In this document: positions 19,907-29,557 of the stretch, piece by piece
Layout: each line of letters begins with the position of its first letter
How positions within the stretch are numbered: position 1 is the first letter of the stretch
Virus record (IMG/VR): IMGVR_UViG_3300042540_001399
Location: 1-64,000 of that record
Length of the DNA: 64,000 bases
Direction: 5' to 3' (one strand)
Made by a program: the position numbers and the translations under genes
The notes under the pieces: generated by a model
What the model was told of the DNA's origin: nothing
What the model saw: the letters and a program-made list of their open reading frames with translations, nothing else
The model's database searches: none

Positions 19907-20374
19907 ATGGAATTTTTTATTAAAAAGAATGCCACTCTCCCTTTGTTGAAAATGCAGGTTGTTAAGGATGGTAGGAGTGATTTTAACAAGATGATGGATC
20001 TAATTGAAAGCTCTGCTGTGTTTTTTTCTATGGTTGACATAGAAACAGGTATACCTAAAATTGTTACAAGACCGGCAGGATTTGTGTCCAAAAAATTGTT
20101 AGACCCAAACGCCGACCCTGAATATTATATATATTATCAATTTACAAACAAAGACACAAAAAAAGTCGGAAGATACGAAGGTCAATTTCTTTTTAGAAAT
20201 GATGACGGTGTATTAATTTTACCAATTAGAGAAAAGTTATTTATAAATGTACAAGAAAGTTTTATTGCTGATGACTTACCATATGATTCTTGTTATGTAA
20301 GTGAATTCCCTTGTTGTATTTCACCCAACCCATTTCCACCAAACACAACAACAACCACAACTTTATTTTTTTAA
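19907..20374 (+). CDS. BppU-like (baseplate upper protein N-domain-like) virion protein with Thr-rich tail
   Basis: FFIKKNATLPLLKMQV...YQFT..DT...GRYEGQF...LILP pattern; ends PPNTTTTTTLFF. Confidence 0.5.
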   Translation: MEFFIKKNATLPLLKMQVVKDGRSDFNKMMDLIESSAVFFSMVDIETGIPKIVTRPAGFVSKKLLDPNADPEYYIYYQFTNKDTKKVGRYEGQFLFRNDDGVLILPIREKLFINVQESFIADDLPYDSCYVSEFPCCISPNPFPPNTTTTTTLFF

Positions 20375-20391
20375 ATTTGTTTTATCATAAG

Positions 20392-20420
20392 TTGATAAAG
20401 GTAATTTTTACTTCTATATT
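20392..20420 (+). promoter_or_regulatory. sigma70-like promoter of the DNA polymerase gene
   Basis: TTGATA-17 nt-TATATT. Confidence 0.45.
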
Positions 20421-20479
20421 TATTTACGAAGGTAAATGCCGACCTTATTCGGTAGCTAATACACCAAAAGTAAATAATT

Positions 20480-23293
20480 ATGATATCACAAGAAGAAATT
20501 GAACAGTTTCTTCAGGGAAATGATCCTGAGGAATTTATCGTATCTGTAGAATACGACTATGTATCCGACAAAATTTTTAAAATTAAAGAAGTTCCAGGAA
20601 AGGGAAAACAAATCCAACGAGATACTTTAATATCATTTGCTTGGGTGGGGGATTTACGTAATCTTAACTTTTATTCAAAATCAAAGGCGTTACAAAAAGA
20701 AGCCATGACAAAACATGGTATCATTATAGAAAAACTACGAACTGACGGAAACGAACGATTAGAGAATGGTTTAACATTTCTTGTTAAGTCCATGAAAGGT
20801 TATAGAAACCTTATTCAGTTTTTTAGAGAAGGTGGTGTTGATCCTTGGGGTGATAATGTAAAGGATTTAATAATGGTTTTACCTCCCGTTGAACAATACC
20901 TCATCTCAAAGGAAAAACGACTATTCAAAGGATTTGAGGAATACAACGACATTACGAGAATGGTATTCGACTTGGAAACGACCTCACTTGAGCCCAAGGA
21001 TGGTCGTATCTTCATGATCGGAATCAAAACAAACAAAGGATTCAAAAAAGTTATTGAGTGTACAAACGAAGACGAAGAACGAAGAGGTATTACAGAGTTC
21101 TTTAATATTATAGAAGAACAAAAACCTTCAATCCTTTCAGGATACAACTCATTCAACTTCGACTGGTATTGGATTTATGAAAGATGTAAAATCCTAAACC
21201 TTGACATCAAAAGAGTTGCAAAATCTCTGAACCCTGAAAAATCCATTTCACAAAAGGAATCAATGTTGAAACTTGCTAACGAAGTTGAAAAGTTCACTCA
21301 AACACAAATGTGGGGTTATAATATCATTGACATTCTACATTCAGTTCGTAGAGCTCAAGCGATTAACTCAAACATTAAAGAGGCTGGTTTGAAGTATATT
21401 ACAAAGTATATCGAAGCTGAAGCTCCTGATCGTGTGTATGTTGATCACGACAAGATTGGTTCTATGTATCGTGAAAAGGAAGATTATTGGTTGAACATAG
21501 AAAATGGTAAGTACAAGAAGGTAGGTGTTGATCCTAAGATTGATGATGTTTGTTCAAGACATACAAATGTTTATATCAAAACAACGGGGGACGACATTAT
21601 CGAGCGTTATCTTGACGATGACCTTGAAGAAACCCTCTTGGTTGACGAAGAATTCAATCAAGGATCATTCTTGTTGGCATCACTTCTTCCAACAACGTAT
21701 GAAAGGGTTTCAACGATGGGTACCGCTACATTATGGAAAATGTTGATGTTAGCTTGGTCTTATAAACATGGATTAGCAATTCCTGCTAAGAACGACAAAG
21801 GGAACTTTGTAGGTGGGCTTTCTCGTCTTATACGAACAGGTTACTCTAAGAACGTATTAAAACTTGACTACTCGTCTCTATATCCGTCCATTCAGTTGGT
21901 TCACGATGTATTTCCCGAGTGTGATGTCACAGGTGCAATGAAAGGTTTATTATCTTACTTCCGTAACACTCGTATCAAATACAAACAACTTGCTGAGGAA
22001 TATGCGTCTATAGATAAAAAAAAGTCAACTTCTTACGACCGTAAACAATTACCGATTAAGATCTTCATCAACTCGATGTTCGGGGCGTTATCGGCACCAC
22101 AGGTATTTCATTGGGGTGATATGGATAAAGGTGAAATGATAACTTGTACGGGTCGTCAGTATCTTCGTATGATGATTCACTTTTTTATGGATCGTGGATA
22201 TACACCTCTTGTAATGGACACGGACGGTATTAACTTCTCGGTTCCTGAAGGTGTTGAGGAAAGAAAATATGTTGGTAAAGGTCTCAACTGGAAAGTAAAA
22301 GAAGGTAAGGAGTATGTAGGTGAGGAAGCAGATGTGATGGAGTTTAATGATCTTGCGATGAGAGGTGAGATGGCTCTTGATACTGATGGACAATGGCCAG
22401 CGTGTATTAACTTAGCTCGAAAAAACTACGCACTTATCACAGCTAAAGGTAAGATTAAACTTACAGGAAACTCAATCAAGTCTAAGAAAATGCCAATCTA
22501 TATTGAGAAGTTCTTAGATAAGGGGATCAAACTTTTACTTGATGGTAAAGGACAAGAGTTTGTTGAGTGGTATTATGAATACGTACAACAGATATTTGAT
22601 TTACAGATTCCGTTAATGGATATTGCAAACAAGGCAAAAGTGAAACAAAGTATTGACGATTATATTATTCGTAGTAAACAAACAACAAAGGCTGGGAGTT
22701 TAATGTCTCGTCAAGCACACATGGAATTAGCAATCAAAGAAGGTCTTAATGTTAATCTTGGCGATGTGATCTTTTATGTAAACAACGGTAGTAAGGCTTC
22801 ACACGGTGATGTACAAAAAGTTAATAAACCAAAGAAAGGTTGGTCTCAAGAACACATTGATACTTATGGTGGACCTATTCCTGAAAACTTAGATTCTATT
22901 ATACAACTTAATTGTTATCGTATTGATCCGTTAGATCTTGAAAGTAACCCTACCATGAAAGGTCAATACAACATACAACGAGCAATTGCAACATTCAACA
23001 AAAGAGTGGAACCATTACTTGTTGTTTTTAAACAAGAAGTACGAAATGGACTATTAGTTAAAAATCCTGAAGACAGACCTTTTTTCACAAAAGAACAGTG
23101 TGAGTTAATAAATGGTCAACCATTTGATGACGCCGATCAAGACAAGTTAGAAGATGTTATGGAAATATCTGCGGAAGAAATGTTATTTTGGAATCGTGTT
23201 GGTGAAACACCATACCACATGTATAAAATGGCAGATCCCTTTATGTTAAAATATCTTAAGGCCAATGATTTAGAACATTTTCAAACCGTCTGA
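20480..23293 (+). CDS. Family B DNA polymerase with 3'-5' exonuclease
   Basis: ExoI FDLETT, ExoII GYNSFNFD, motif A LDYSSLYPS, motif B KIFINSMFG, motif C MDTDG. Confidence 0.95.
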   Translation: MISQEEIEQFLQGNDPEEFIVSVEYDYVSDKIFKIKEVPGKGKQIQRDTLISFAWVGDLRNLNFYSKSKALQKEAMTKHGIIIEKLRTDGNERLENGLTFLVKSMKGYRNLIQFFREGGVDPWGDNVKDLIMVLPPVEQYLISKEKRLFKGFEEYNDITRMVFDLETTSLEPKDGRIFMIGIKTNKGFKKVIECTNEDEERRGITEFFNIIEEQKPSILSGYNSFNFDWYWIYERCKILNLDIKRVAKSLNPEKSISQKESMLKLANEVEKFTQTQMWGYNIIDILHSVRRAQAINSNIKEAGLKYITKYIEAEAPDRVYVDHDKIGSMYREKEDYWLNIENGKYKKVGVDPKIDDVCSRHTNVYIKTTGDDIIERYLDDDLEETLLVDEEFNQGSFLLASLLPTTYERVSTMGTATLWKMLMLAWSYKHGLAIPAKNDKGNFVGGLSRLIRTGYSKNVLKLDYSSLYPSIQLVHDVFPECDVTGAMKGLLSYFRNTRIKYKQLAEEYASIDKKKSTSYDRKQLPIKIFINSMFGALSAPQVFHWGDMDKGEMITCTGRQYLRMMIHFFMDRGYTPLVMDTDGINFSVPEGVEERKYVGKGLNWKVKEGKEYVGEEADVMEFNDLAMRGEMALDTDGQWPACINLARKNYALITAKGKIKLTGNSIKSKKMPIYIEKFLDKGIKLLLDGKGQEFVEWYYEYVQQIFDLQIPLMDIANKAKVKQSIDDYIIRSKQTTKAGSLMSRQAHMELAIKEGLNVNLGDVIFYVNNGSKASHGDVQKVNKPKKGWSQEHIDTYGGPIPENLDSIIQLNCYRIDPLDLESNPTMKGQYNIQRAIATFNKRVEPLLVVFKQEVRNGLLVKNPEDRPFFTKEQCELINGQPFDDADQDKLEDVMEISAEEMLFWNRVGETPYHMYKMADPFMLKYLKANDLEHFQTV

Positions 23294-23617
23294 AGATAGT
23301 ATATACCAGTTACCTTCTACAAATTGAAATTGTACACAAGCCCCTTTTTCTAAAAGTAATTCATCCCATTCTTCATCTATAGTCCCTACGTCAGATTTTA
23401 CCAAAACTGTCGTAAGGGATTTTATTATAATTCTTTTTGTTAATTTAGAATTTAGTGTTACTTCACAATTAGGTATACCTTTAACAATTAATAATGATTC
23501 ATCATTGGTATGGTATTGATCTTTGGAAATTATTATTGCCTTTTCCTTTTCTTTAGAACTTTCAACCAATGTTTGATATTTTATTATGTTTTTTCTTGTT
23601 GGTAAATTAGTCATCAT
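23270..23617 (-). CDS. Hypothetical beta-rich protein, possibly virion-associated
   Basis: 115-aa ORF coupled to the neck gene (ATGA overlap); 3' end overlaps the polymerase stop convergently. Confidence 0.6.
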   Translation of the reverse strand: MMTNLPTRKNIIKYQTLVESSKEKEKAIIISKDQYHTNDESLLIVKGIPNCEVTLNSKLTKRIIIKSLTTVLVKSDVGTIDEEWDELLLEKGACVQFQFVEGNWYILSSDGLKMF

Positions 23618-24738
23618 ATAACGTATATTTGTCTTGGCATGGCACGAAACTTTAATGTTTTGTTAAGATTTTCAGCAATTAAAGCTTCTCTTTCCATAAC
23701 TTTATCCGGCCTTAGTCTTGTTAATTTTCCTTCAGCGCCAATAAGTTCTTCAACTAATTTTACTTTTTCGTCCTTACCTTCAGTACCTAATGATTGCCAT
23801 TCCATTGTTAAATCACCATCAGGTGTTTTAAGATTACCGCTAAACTTACCCCTAACTTTGGACAATAATTCCTTAGCAGATGCAACCAACCATCTTCTTA
23901 CCCAAATTTGTGCCGGATTATTTAAATCATTCCACGATAACTTTTCATATGGTACGTCAGATGGTAACTTGATAATATCGGGATTGTCTTTAAGACACTT
24001 ATTTCTATCACCGTCTGTAGTGTCATAATACCAATACCAAACTTTTCCTTTCATCAAAGTTGAATTACCAAAGTCAAATTTACCACCTGGTGTATTCATC
24101 AAATGAACGGCTTTTTTACCATCAGGAAGTGCAGTTACTCTATAGGTCAAATCACCAGCAATTATTCTTCTTTGTATGTTTATTTCTTGCATTCTTAATA
24201 ACATGTCGAATGCCGGCATCAAAAAGTAACTACCTGAAACGTTTCCTACTTGTGCATAACCAGCGGGTCCTGATATTCCACCTCCTGCTATACCACCAAA
24301 AGCCCATGGATCAAAAAGTAAGTTATTCATTTCAGGTGGTGTGAACCAGAGCAATTCATTTAACTCTCTACCCGCAGGTATTTCATATATTTGTTGGCCC
24401 GCTTGTAACTGAATGTAGTCTTTTTTCATAACCCAATCACCACCAGCTTGTAAACCTACAATTTTAGAATACGCGTAAGTGTATCGTGTTTCATAATCTA
24501 AACTTTTGGTCATGAATGCCTTGGTTAAAGATTGGGTTTCGACGTTCAAACCCCAAAGACTTGTCCACTGACTTTCAGTTAACCAATCTTGTATATATTG
24601 TGAATAGTCTTCTATTGAAAATTCCAAAAGAGTGTCTAGTTGTTCATCTTCCAACTCAACCGATCTTAAAGGTGCTCCTAAAATGTGTCTGACTCTTGTG
24701 TATAGTCTTTCTCTTTCTTCATTACTTATAATTGACAT
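23614..24738 (-). CDS. Neck protein / head-tail adaptor (T4 gp13-like)
   Basis: LGAPLRSVELEDEQLD N-terminus and WVRRW..A.AKELL.KVRGKF...PDGDLT C-terminus, as in gp13 homologues. Confidence 0.75.
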   Translation of the reverse strand: MSIISNEERERLYTRVRHILGAPLRSVELEDEQLDTLLEFSIEDYSQYIQDWLTESQWTSLWGLNVETQSLTKAFMTKSLDYETRYTYAYSKIVGLQAGGDWVMKKDYIQLQAGQQIYEIPAGRELNELLWFTPPEMNNLLFDPWAFGGIAGGGISGPAGYAQVGNVSGSYFLMPAFDMLLRMQEINIQRRIIAGDLTYRVTALPDGKKAVHLMNTPGGKFDFGNSTLMKGKVWYWYYDTTDGDRNKCLKDNPDIIKLPSDVPYEKLSWNDLNNPAQIWVRRWLVASAKELLSKVRGKFSGNLKTPDGDLTMEWQSLGTEGKDEKVKLVEELIGAEGKLTRLRPDKVMEREALIAENLNKTLKFRAMPRQIYVI

Positions 24739-24765
24739 GATGATTGTTTTTTATATAAATATCTT

Positions 24766-26898
24766 TTATTGGGTAATAAGTTGATCAAGATTTTTTTTAT
24801 AAAATTTAATAATTTCATTAATATTTTCAGATTGACCTAATTCACGTAGTTTATTTTTGTAGTAATCTATTCTTTCTTTGTAATATTCAATTTCTTTATC
24901 CACATCCCTCACCAATTTAGGTTTTGATTCAGATTTAGTAGGTTCTAAAATTACATCTAATGAAAGGTTTGTACTTATAGGATTTTCATAATAAATGACA
25001 AAAAACTTAGGAAACGTAGATGGATTTGCAACAGTTTGTATTCTTGTGTAGTCATTTCTGAACATAATGTATTTTTCATTAGGTCTGTCCACATATAATA
25101 TAACGTCAACATTATCTTCTTTATATTTTGTGTGGTTATGCCAAGAAGGTACTTTGTAATAATAACCTCTTTCAGACCCAATTTTTTCGACCTTACTAAC
25201 GTCAACTGGTTTTACTTGAACAAAGTATGAAGTGTTTTCAATTATCAAATCGAAGTCTTGACCAAGTTTTCTATCTCTTATATCACCAGCACATCTTTCT
25301 TTAATTTGCCAAGTCATACCTTCTTCTTGTGGGTTAAGTTTGAAAGATTGTATTAAAACTGATTTGGCATAGTTTTCATTTTCCCTACCATCTATTATAG
25401 TTTGGCTATTCAAATTTACTAACCGTTCAGTAAATCTCCCATCGTTACCAACAAGGTCATCAATATTATTCATAATCCAAATCCTAAAATTTTCCAAACC
25501 ATCAGTTTCTTCGACCCATATTTTTTGGATTTCTTTGTGTACCGCACTGTTAGTGTCAAATCTATTTATAATAGACCAATTTCCTAAACCACCATAATTT
25601 TCTTCTGTAAATCTACCACCTATTATTCCATCTTCAGTTTGACATTCATCAGTTTGTATTTTACCTAAACAACCATTCGGATGAAACTCACCTTCACAAA
25701 AAGGATATGCTTTATTTATAATAAGCCTAAAGGATTTTGGTTTGATTGGAAAAACTTCTTTACTTTCATTTAAAACTTTTTTACGAACTGTAGATTCTTT
25801 TAAAGTTTTTTTTTCAATTTTTTTCTTATACAGATCGTTAACAAAGTCCCAATTTACGTGGTTCCAAAATTTTTTGATATAATCATCTTTTTTGTTTTGG
25901 TATTTCAAATAGTACGCGTGTTCCCAAAGATCTAATCCTAAAAGCGGATAACCACCATCTTTAACAATATTCATTAATGGGTTGTCTTGATTTGGTGTGG
26001 ACAATATTTTTAATTTTTTGTTCTTTCCTATCACTAACCAAACCCATCCAGATCCAAATCGTTTTTTTGCTTCTTCATTAAATTGGTCCTTCATTTTTTT
26101 TACATTACCAAAATCTTCGGTAATCTTATTGAAGATTTCATCTTTTGGTATTTGTTTTTTTGGTGACAACATTTTCCAAAATAAAGCGTGGTTAAAGGCT
26201 CCCCCTGCGTTATTTCTTACCGAGTCGTCAAATTTATTTATAGATATTATTATATCTTCTAAATCCATTTCCCCTTCTTTATTTTTTAACGCATCATTAA
26301 GTTTTTTTACATATCCTTTATAATGTTTATTATAATGTATGTTCATAGTCTTAGGATCTACAAACTGTTTCATTGCGGAATATGAATACGGGAGTTTTTC
26401 TATACCAATTTTTTTCATTTCCAAAATGAAGTTTTCTTGGATGTTGAATTTATCTTGAATAAGAATCTTTTCTTCCAATAATTGAATTTTGTCTTGGATT
26501 GGTTTCAATCCTTCAAAAATAATATTTTCTAAATCAGGATTTTCTTTTTCAAAAGTTTTAATAAGTGAACCTGCCAAAGAATTGGCTTCGTCTTCGTTTT
26601 GACCACCAATATCAGGTCCTCTTTTTCTACCTAAAACATTTCTTTGATGACTATGAACCCATTCGTGTGCTAATGTTCTAAGAATATCTCTGTTCATTCT
26701 ATTATTTACTAAAATTTTGATTCCCTTTTCTTTGTGTTGACTTCCTGTGGTCATTCTACCTTCACGTTGTCCCAACAGATGAATTACTAAGTCATCTTTT
26801 AGTGGATACTCTTTTTGTAAAAACTTACAAAAAGTTTTAAGTAGATCTTTTTCTTGCTTGCTTATGTCTGAATTTATATTTTTGAAAGTAACGTTCAT
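24766..26898 (-). CDS. sod: Fusion: HExxH metallopeptidase-like domain + Fe/Mn superoxide dismutase + PD-(D/E)xK nuclease-like domain
   Basis: LRTLAHEWVH...EDEAN; LPYSY, HYNKH, NNAGGAFNH, FGSGWVWL, NQD, DLWEHAYY; D..LGQDF...VQVKP. The SOD domain is clear; flanking domains are tentative. Confidence 0.8.
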   Translation of the reverse strand: MNVTFKNINSDISKQEKDLLKTFCKFLQKEYPLKDDLVIHLLGQREGRMTTGSQHKEKGIKILVNNRMNRDILRTLAHEWVHSHQRNVLGRKRGPDIGGQNEDEANSLAGSLIKTFEKENPDLENIIFEGLKPIQDKIQLLEEKILIQDKFNIQENFILEMKKIGIEKLPYSYSAMKQFVDPKTMNIHYNKHYKGYVKKLNDALKNKEGEMDLEDIIISINKFDDSVRNNAGGAFNHALFWKMLSPKKQIPKDEIFNKITEDFGNVKKMKDQFNEEAKKRFGSGWVWLVIGKNKKLKILSTPNQDNPLMNIVKDGGYPLLGLDLWEHAYYLKYQNKKDDYIKKFWNHVNWDFVNDLYKKKIEKKTLKESTVRKKVLNESKEVFPIKPKSFRLIINKAYPFCEGEFHPNGCLGKIQTDECQTEDGIIGGRFTEENYGGLGNWSIINRFDTNSAVHKEIQKIWVEETDGLENFRIWIMNNIDDLVGNDGRFTERLVNLNSQTIIDGRENENYAKSVLIQSFKLNPQEEGMTWQIKERCAGDIRDRKLGQDFDLIIENTSYFVQVKPVDVSKVEKIGSERGYYYKVPSWHNHTKYKEDNVDVILYVDRPNEKYIMFRNDYTRIQTVANPSTFPKFFVIYYENPISTNLSLDVILEPTKSESKPKLVRDVDKEIEYYKERIDYYKNKLRELGQSENINEIIKFYKKNLDQLITQ

Positions 26899-26921
26899 TG
26901 AAAATAAATATCATTTAAAAT

Positions 26922-26945
26922 AAAAAACCCCATTTTAGATGGGGT
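26922..26945 (-). terminator. Intrinsic terminator
   Basis: ACCCCAT/ATGGGGT stem followed by a U-run on the minus strand. Confidence 0.75.
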
Positions 26946-26969
26946 CAATTAGATGAGGTTATGTTTTTT

Positions 26970-27341
26970 TTATTTTTTGTGTTCTTTAATTTTTGCGTCT
27001 AATTTATCACAACGCGAATCTATATGACTTGACAGGTTTGAAATGTCAAATTTAGTTAGTCTTTCTAAATCTGTAAATCTTCTATCAACTTCGTCACTAT
27101 AGTTGTTTAAATTAATTGATAGATCTTTATGTAGATCATCAATACGATTGTTTATCTCACTAAGTGAGTGTCTTCTTTCCCTTTCTATATGATCAATATA
27201 ATCATGAAATGATTTAACTTCAGTAAAAAAAGTGTTTTTATCAACCTTAACTTTTAACTTTAAAAACGTGACCACAACTGATGTTACAACCGCAACCACA
27301 CCCAAAGTAGATAAAACTGATATTAATATAACTGTTTCCAT
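26970..27341 (-). CDS. Hypothetical membrane-anchored coiled-coil protein
   Basis: N-terminal hydrophobic helix (VILISVLSTLGVVAVVTSVVVTFL) then a charged helical region. Confidence 0.7.
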   Translation of the reverse strand: METVILISVLSTLGVVAVVTSVVVTFLKLKVKVDKNTFFTEVKSFHDYIDHIERERRHSLSEINNRIDDLHKDLSINLNNYSDEVDRRFTDLERLTKFDISNLSSHIDSRCDKLDAKIKEHKK

Positions 27342-27412
27342 AACTTTATTTTTTTTAATGTTTATTAAACCTCATCTTAAAACAAGATAGGTTATCAAAA
27401 ACTTAAATAAAT

Positions 27413-27436
27413 AAAAAACCCCACTATTGGTGGGGT
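27413..27436 (-). terminator. Intrinsic terminator
   Basis: ACCCCAC/GTGGGGT stem with U-run on the minus strand; same stem family as 9375 and 26927. Confidence 0.75.
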
Positions 27437-27454
27437 CTTAAGAAATTTTTTAGA

Positions 27455-27757
27455 TTAATATCTGTATCTACTTCTAAACCTTCTTGATTCATTCATATCC
27501 CCTATTTTTTCCATGGGATTTTCAAGTGGTTCATCTGATTGTTGAGATAACTTCTCAAACAATTTTACAAATTCAGGAGCTGGTAATGTTTTGAAAGCTT
27601 CAGTCGAACATTTTTGGAAATCTAATCTAGCAGGATCACATCCAGGTATGTTACTATGTGTCTTTAGAAGCTCCACATCCGCAGCAAGATTTATTTCTTC
27701 TTCTTTTAAAATTCTTCGAAGAACGTTTTCTATTCTTTTTTCACTATATCTGTTCAT
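27455..27757 (-). CDS. Hypothetical protein, possible internal head protein
   Basis: 100-aa ORF with TATTTAT motif upstream and terminator downstream; VLRRILKEEE leader. Confidence 0.6.
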   Translation of the reverse strand: MNRYSEKRIENVLRRILKEEEINLAADVELLKTHSNIPGCDPARLDFQKCSTEAFKTLPAPEFVKLFEKLSQQSDEPLENPMEKIGDMNESRRFRSRYRY

Positions 27758-27796
27758 AATTTTTTTATTTATAAATATGAAAGAAAAATAAAAAAA

Positions 27797-29557
27797 TTAT
27801 CTTTTATTGATGTGATTTAAAATTTCTTCAACAACGTCACCAATATTTTCTGAATCACCATCACCCATTACAGTACTTATTATTTTTTTCTTATGGTTTA
27901 ATATATCATAAATTGCACCTTCGATTGTGTTTTCGAATATAGGATAGTAAACCAAAACGTTGTTTTTTTGACCATATCTATATGCTCTGTCTTCGGCTTG
28001 AGAATGTTCTGCAGGCACAAAAGATAAGTCATTCATAATTACAACTTCCGCAGATGTTAATGTCAAACCAACACCAGCGGCTTTTAGATTACCTACAAAT
28101 ACTTTTATTTTTTCATCATTTTGAAAAGAATCAACCGCTTGTTGTCTTACTGAATTTGAACAACTTCCATCAAGGTAAACCGCTTGTTTTCCAAAATGTT
28201 GATATATGGATTGTAGGGTGTCAGTAAAGTTTGTAAAAATAATTACTTTTTTACCTTGGTCTAATATGTTTTCTGCAAATTCTATAGTTTGACTTATTTT
28301 TTCATTTGCTATGACTTTTCTAACTTTCATAAGTTTAGAAAATTGAACTGTAAGGGATGAAGATTCATTGGGGTTTTTATCGTACCAATCATAATACTCA
28401 CCCATAAGATTTTCATATTCTTTAGATCTCAATCGTAAATAAACGGGTGTTATAATTTTATCAGGTAAATCTAAAACATCTTCTTTTAGTCTTCTCAATA
28501 TTTGTTTAGACGTTCTGTCTTTTAATTCTTCTAAATTAGACGCACCAGTAACGTTCCAAACTTTTCTTTTACCCGCGTTAAATTGATACCCTTGACAATA
28601 TCTTATTGCGTAAGCCATCCAATTTTGGGCAACAGGACTTTCTATAATATTTAGAAGATTATAATAATTCATCGGTCTTGATGTCATTGGTGTACCCGTA
28701 AGTAACCAAACCCTTTTTATGTTTTTAACGAAACTATTTATAATTTTTGTTCTTTGGGCTTGTGCGTTTGACACCATATGTGCTTCATCTAAAATAACCA
28801 ACTCGAACTGTGACTTTAAAAGTAATGAATTTTCTTTTTCTTTGGGGTCGTGAAAATTTTTTAATATATCATAATTTACAATAACAAAATCAGATTCTGT
28901 TGAATATTTTTTTCCTTCTGATATAAAAACAGACCTTTCGGTGTAGTTTTGTATTTCCCTTTGCCAATTTATTTTCAAAGACGCAGGACAAATAATAAGA
29001 ATTTTTTTGGCACCTGTTTCTAGTGCCGCAATTATAGTTGATGTTGTTTTTCCAAGACCCATATCATCCGCCAAAATAAACCTTCTTGAACCTACTAATT
29101 TTTCTATTGCTTCTTTTTGATGTGAAAGTGGTGGTCTATGTGAATATTTATCATAACTAATTTCAACGATGTCAGTAGTGTGTGATTTTATTAGTGCGGA
29201 TTTAGGTACCCAAAATTCTGAAAGAACATCCTTTTCAAAAAATTTACCCCAAATATGGTAAGATTTTTCTTTTTCCACTAAAAGTTTTTCGACGTATATT
29301 TTATTAGGTACTTCTAAAAGATATCTTTCTTCCGAAAATTTTTTAGCAAAATACGTGTCCAAGTCCACCCACTTTCTTGCTACTTTTGGTTGTACATTAT
29401 AATAATTGTTTATATAGTCGGCTTGAGTTCTCGTTGGGTAAAACTTTTTATTATTTTCTTTTTTTGTTTTAAGAAACAAAATATAATTGTTGGCACCACT
29501 ATATGTATCTAATAGCTCTAATGCTTGGTGTTCTATTAATTGCTTACTGTTAGACAA
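27797..29557 (-). CDS. SNF2-family (SMARCAL1/HARP-like) helicase
   Basis: LADDMGLGKT, ICPASL..NW, ILDEAH, LTGTP, QAEDRAYRYGQ. TTG 29557 preferred to the track start 29599, which runs through the divergent promoter region. Confidence 0.9.
   Translation of the reverse strand: MSNSKQLIEHQALELLDTYSGANNYILFLKTKKENNKKFYPTRTQADYINNYYNVQPKVARKWVDLDTYFAKKFSEERYLLEVPNKIYVEKLLVEKEKSYHIWGKFFEKDVLSEFWVPKSALIKSHTTDIVEISYDKYSHRPPLSHQKEAIEKLVGSRRFILADDMGLGKTTSTIIAALETGAKKILIICPASLKINWQREIQNYTERSVFISEGKKYSTESDFVIVNYDILKNFHDPKEKENSLLLKSQFELVILDEAHMVSNAQAQRTKIINSFVKNIKRVWLLTGTPMTSRPMNYYNLLNIIESPVAQNWMAYAIRYCQGYQFNAGKRKVWNVTGASNLEELKDRTSKQILRRLKEDVLDLPDKIITPVYLRLRSKEYENLMGEYYDWYDKNPNESSSLTVQFSKLMKVRKVIANEKISQTIEFAENILDQGKKVIIFTNFTDTLQSIYQHFGKQAVYLDGSCSNSVRQQAVDSFQNDEKIKVFVGNLKAAGVGLTLTSAEVVIMNDLSFVPAEHSQAEDRAYRYGQKNNVLVYYPIFENTIEGAIYDILNHKKKIISTVMGDGDSENIGDVVEEILNHINKR

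Noticed and set aside
1-20374. Eukaryotic giant virus origin suggested by collagen-like and GT genes
   Set aside because: Contractile tail, baseplate, neck, gp32 and UvsX genes plus bacterial-type terminators identify a tailed bacteriophage.
20421-20465. SAM-II or preQ1 riboswitch in the polymerase leader (GTAGCTAA resembles the SAM-II 3' end)
   Set aside because: The other conserved elements are missing and the gene context does not fit.
26970-27341. Holin or spanin assignment
   Set aside because: A single TM helix plus coiled coil is compatible, but no endolysin or lipoprotein partner is adjacent; left as hypothetical.
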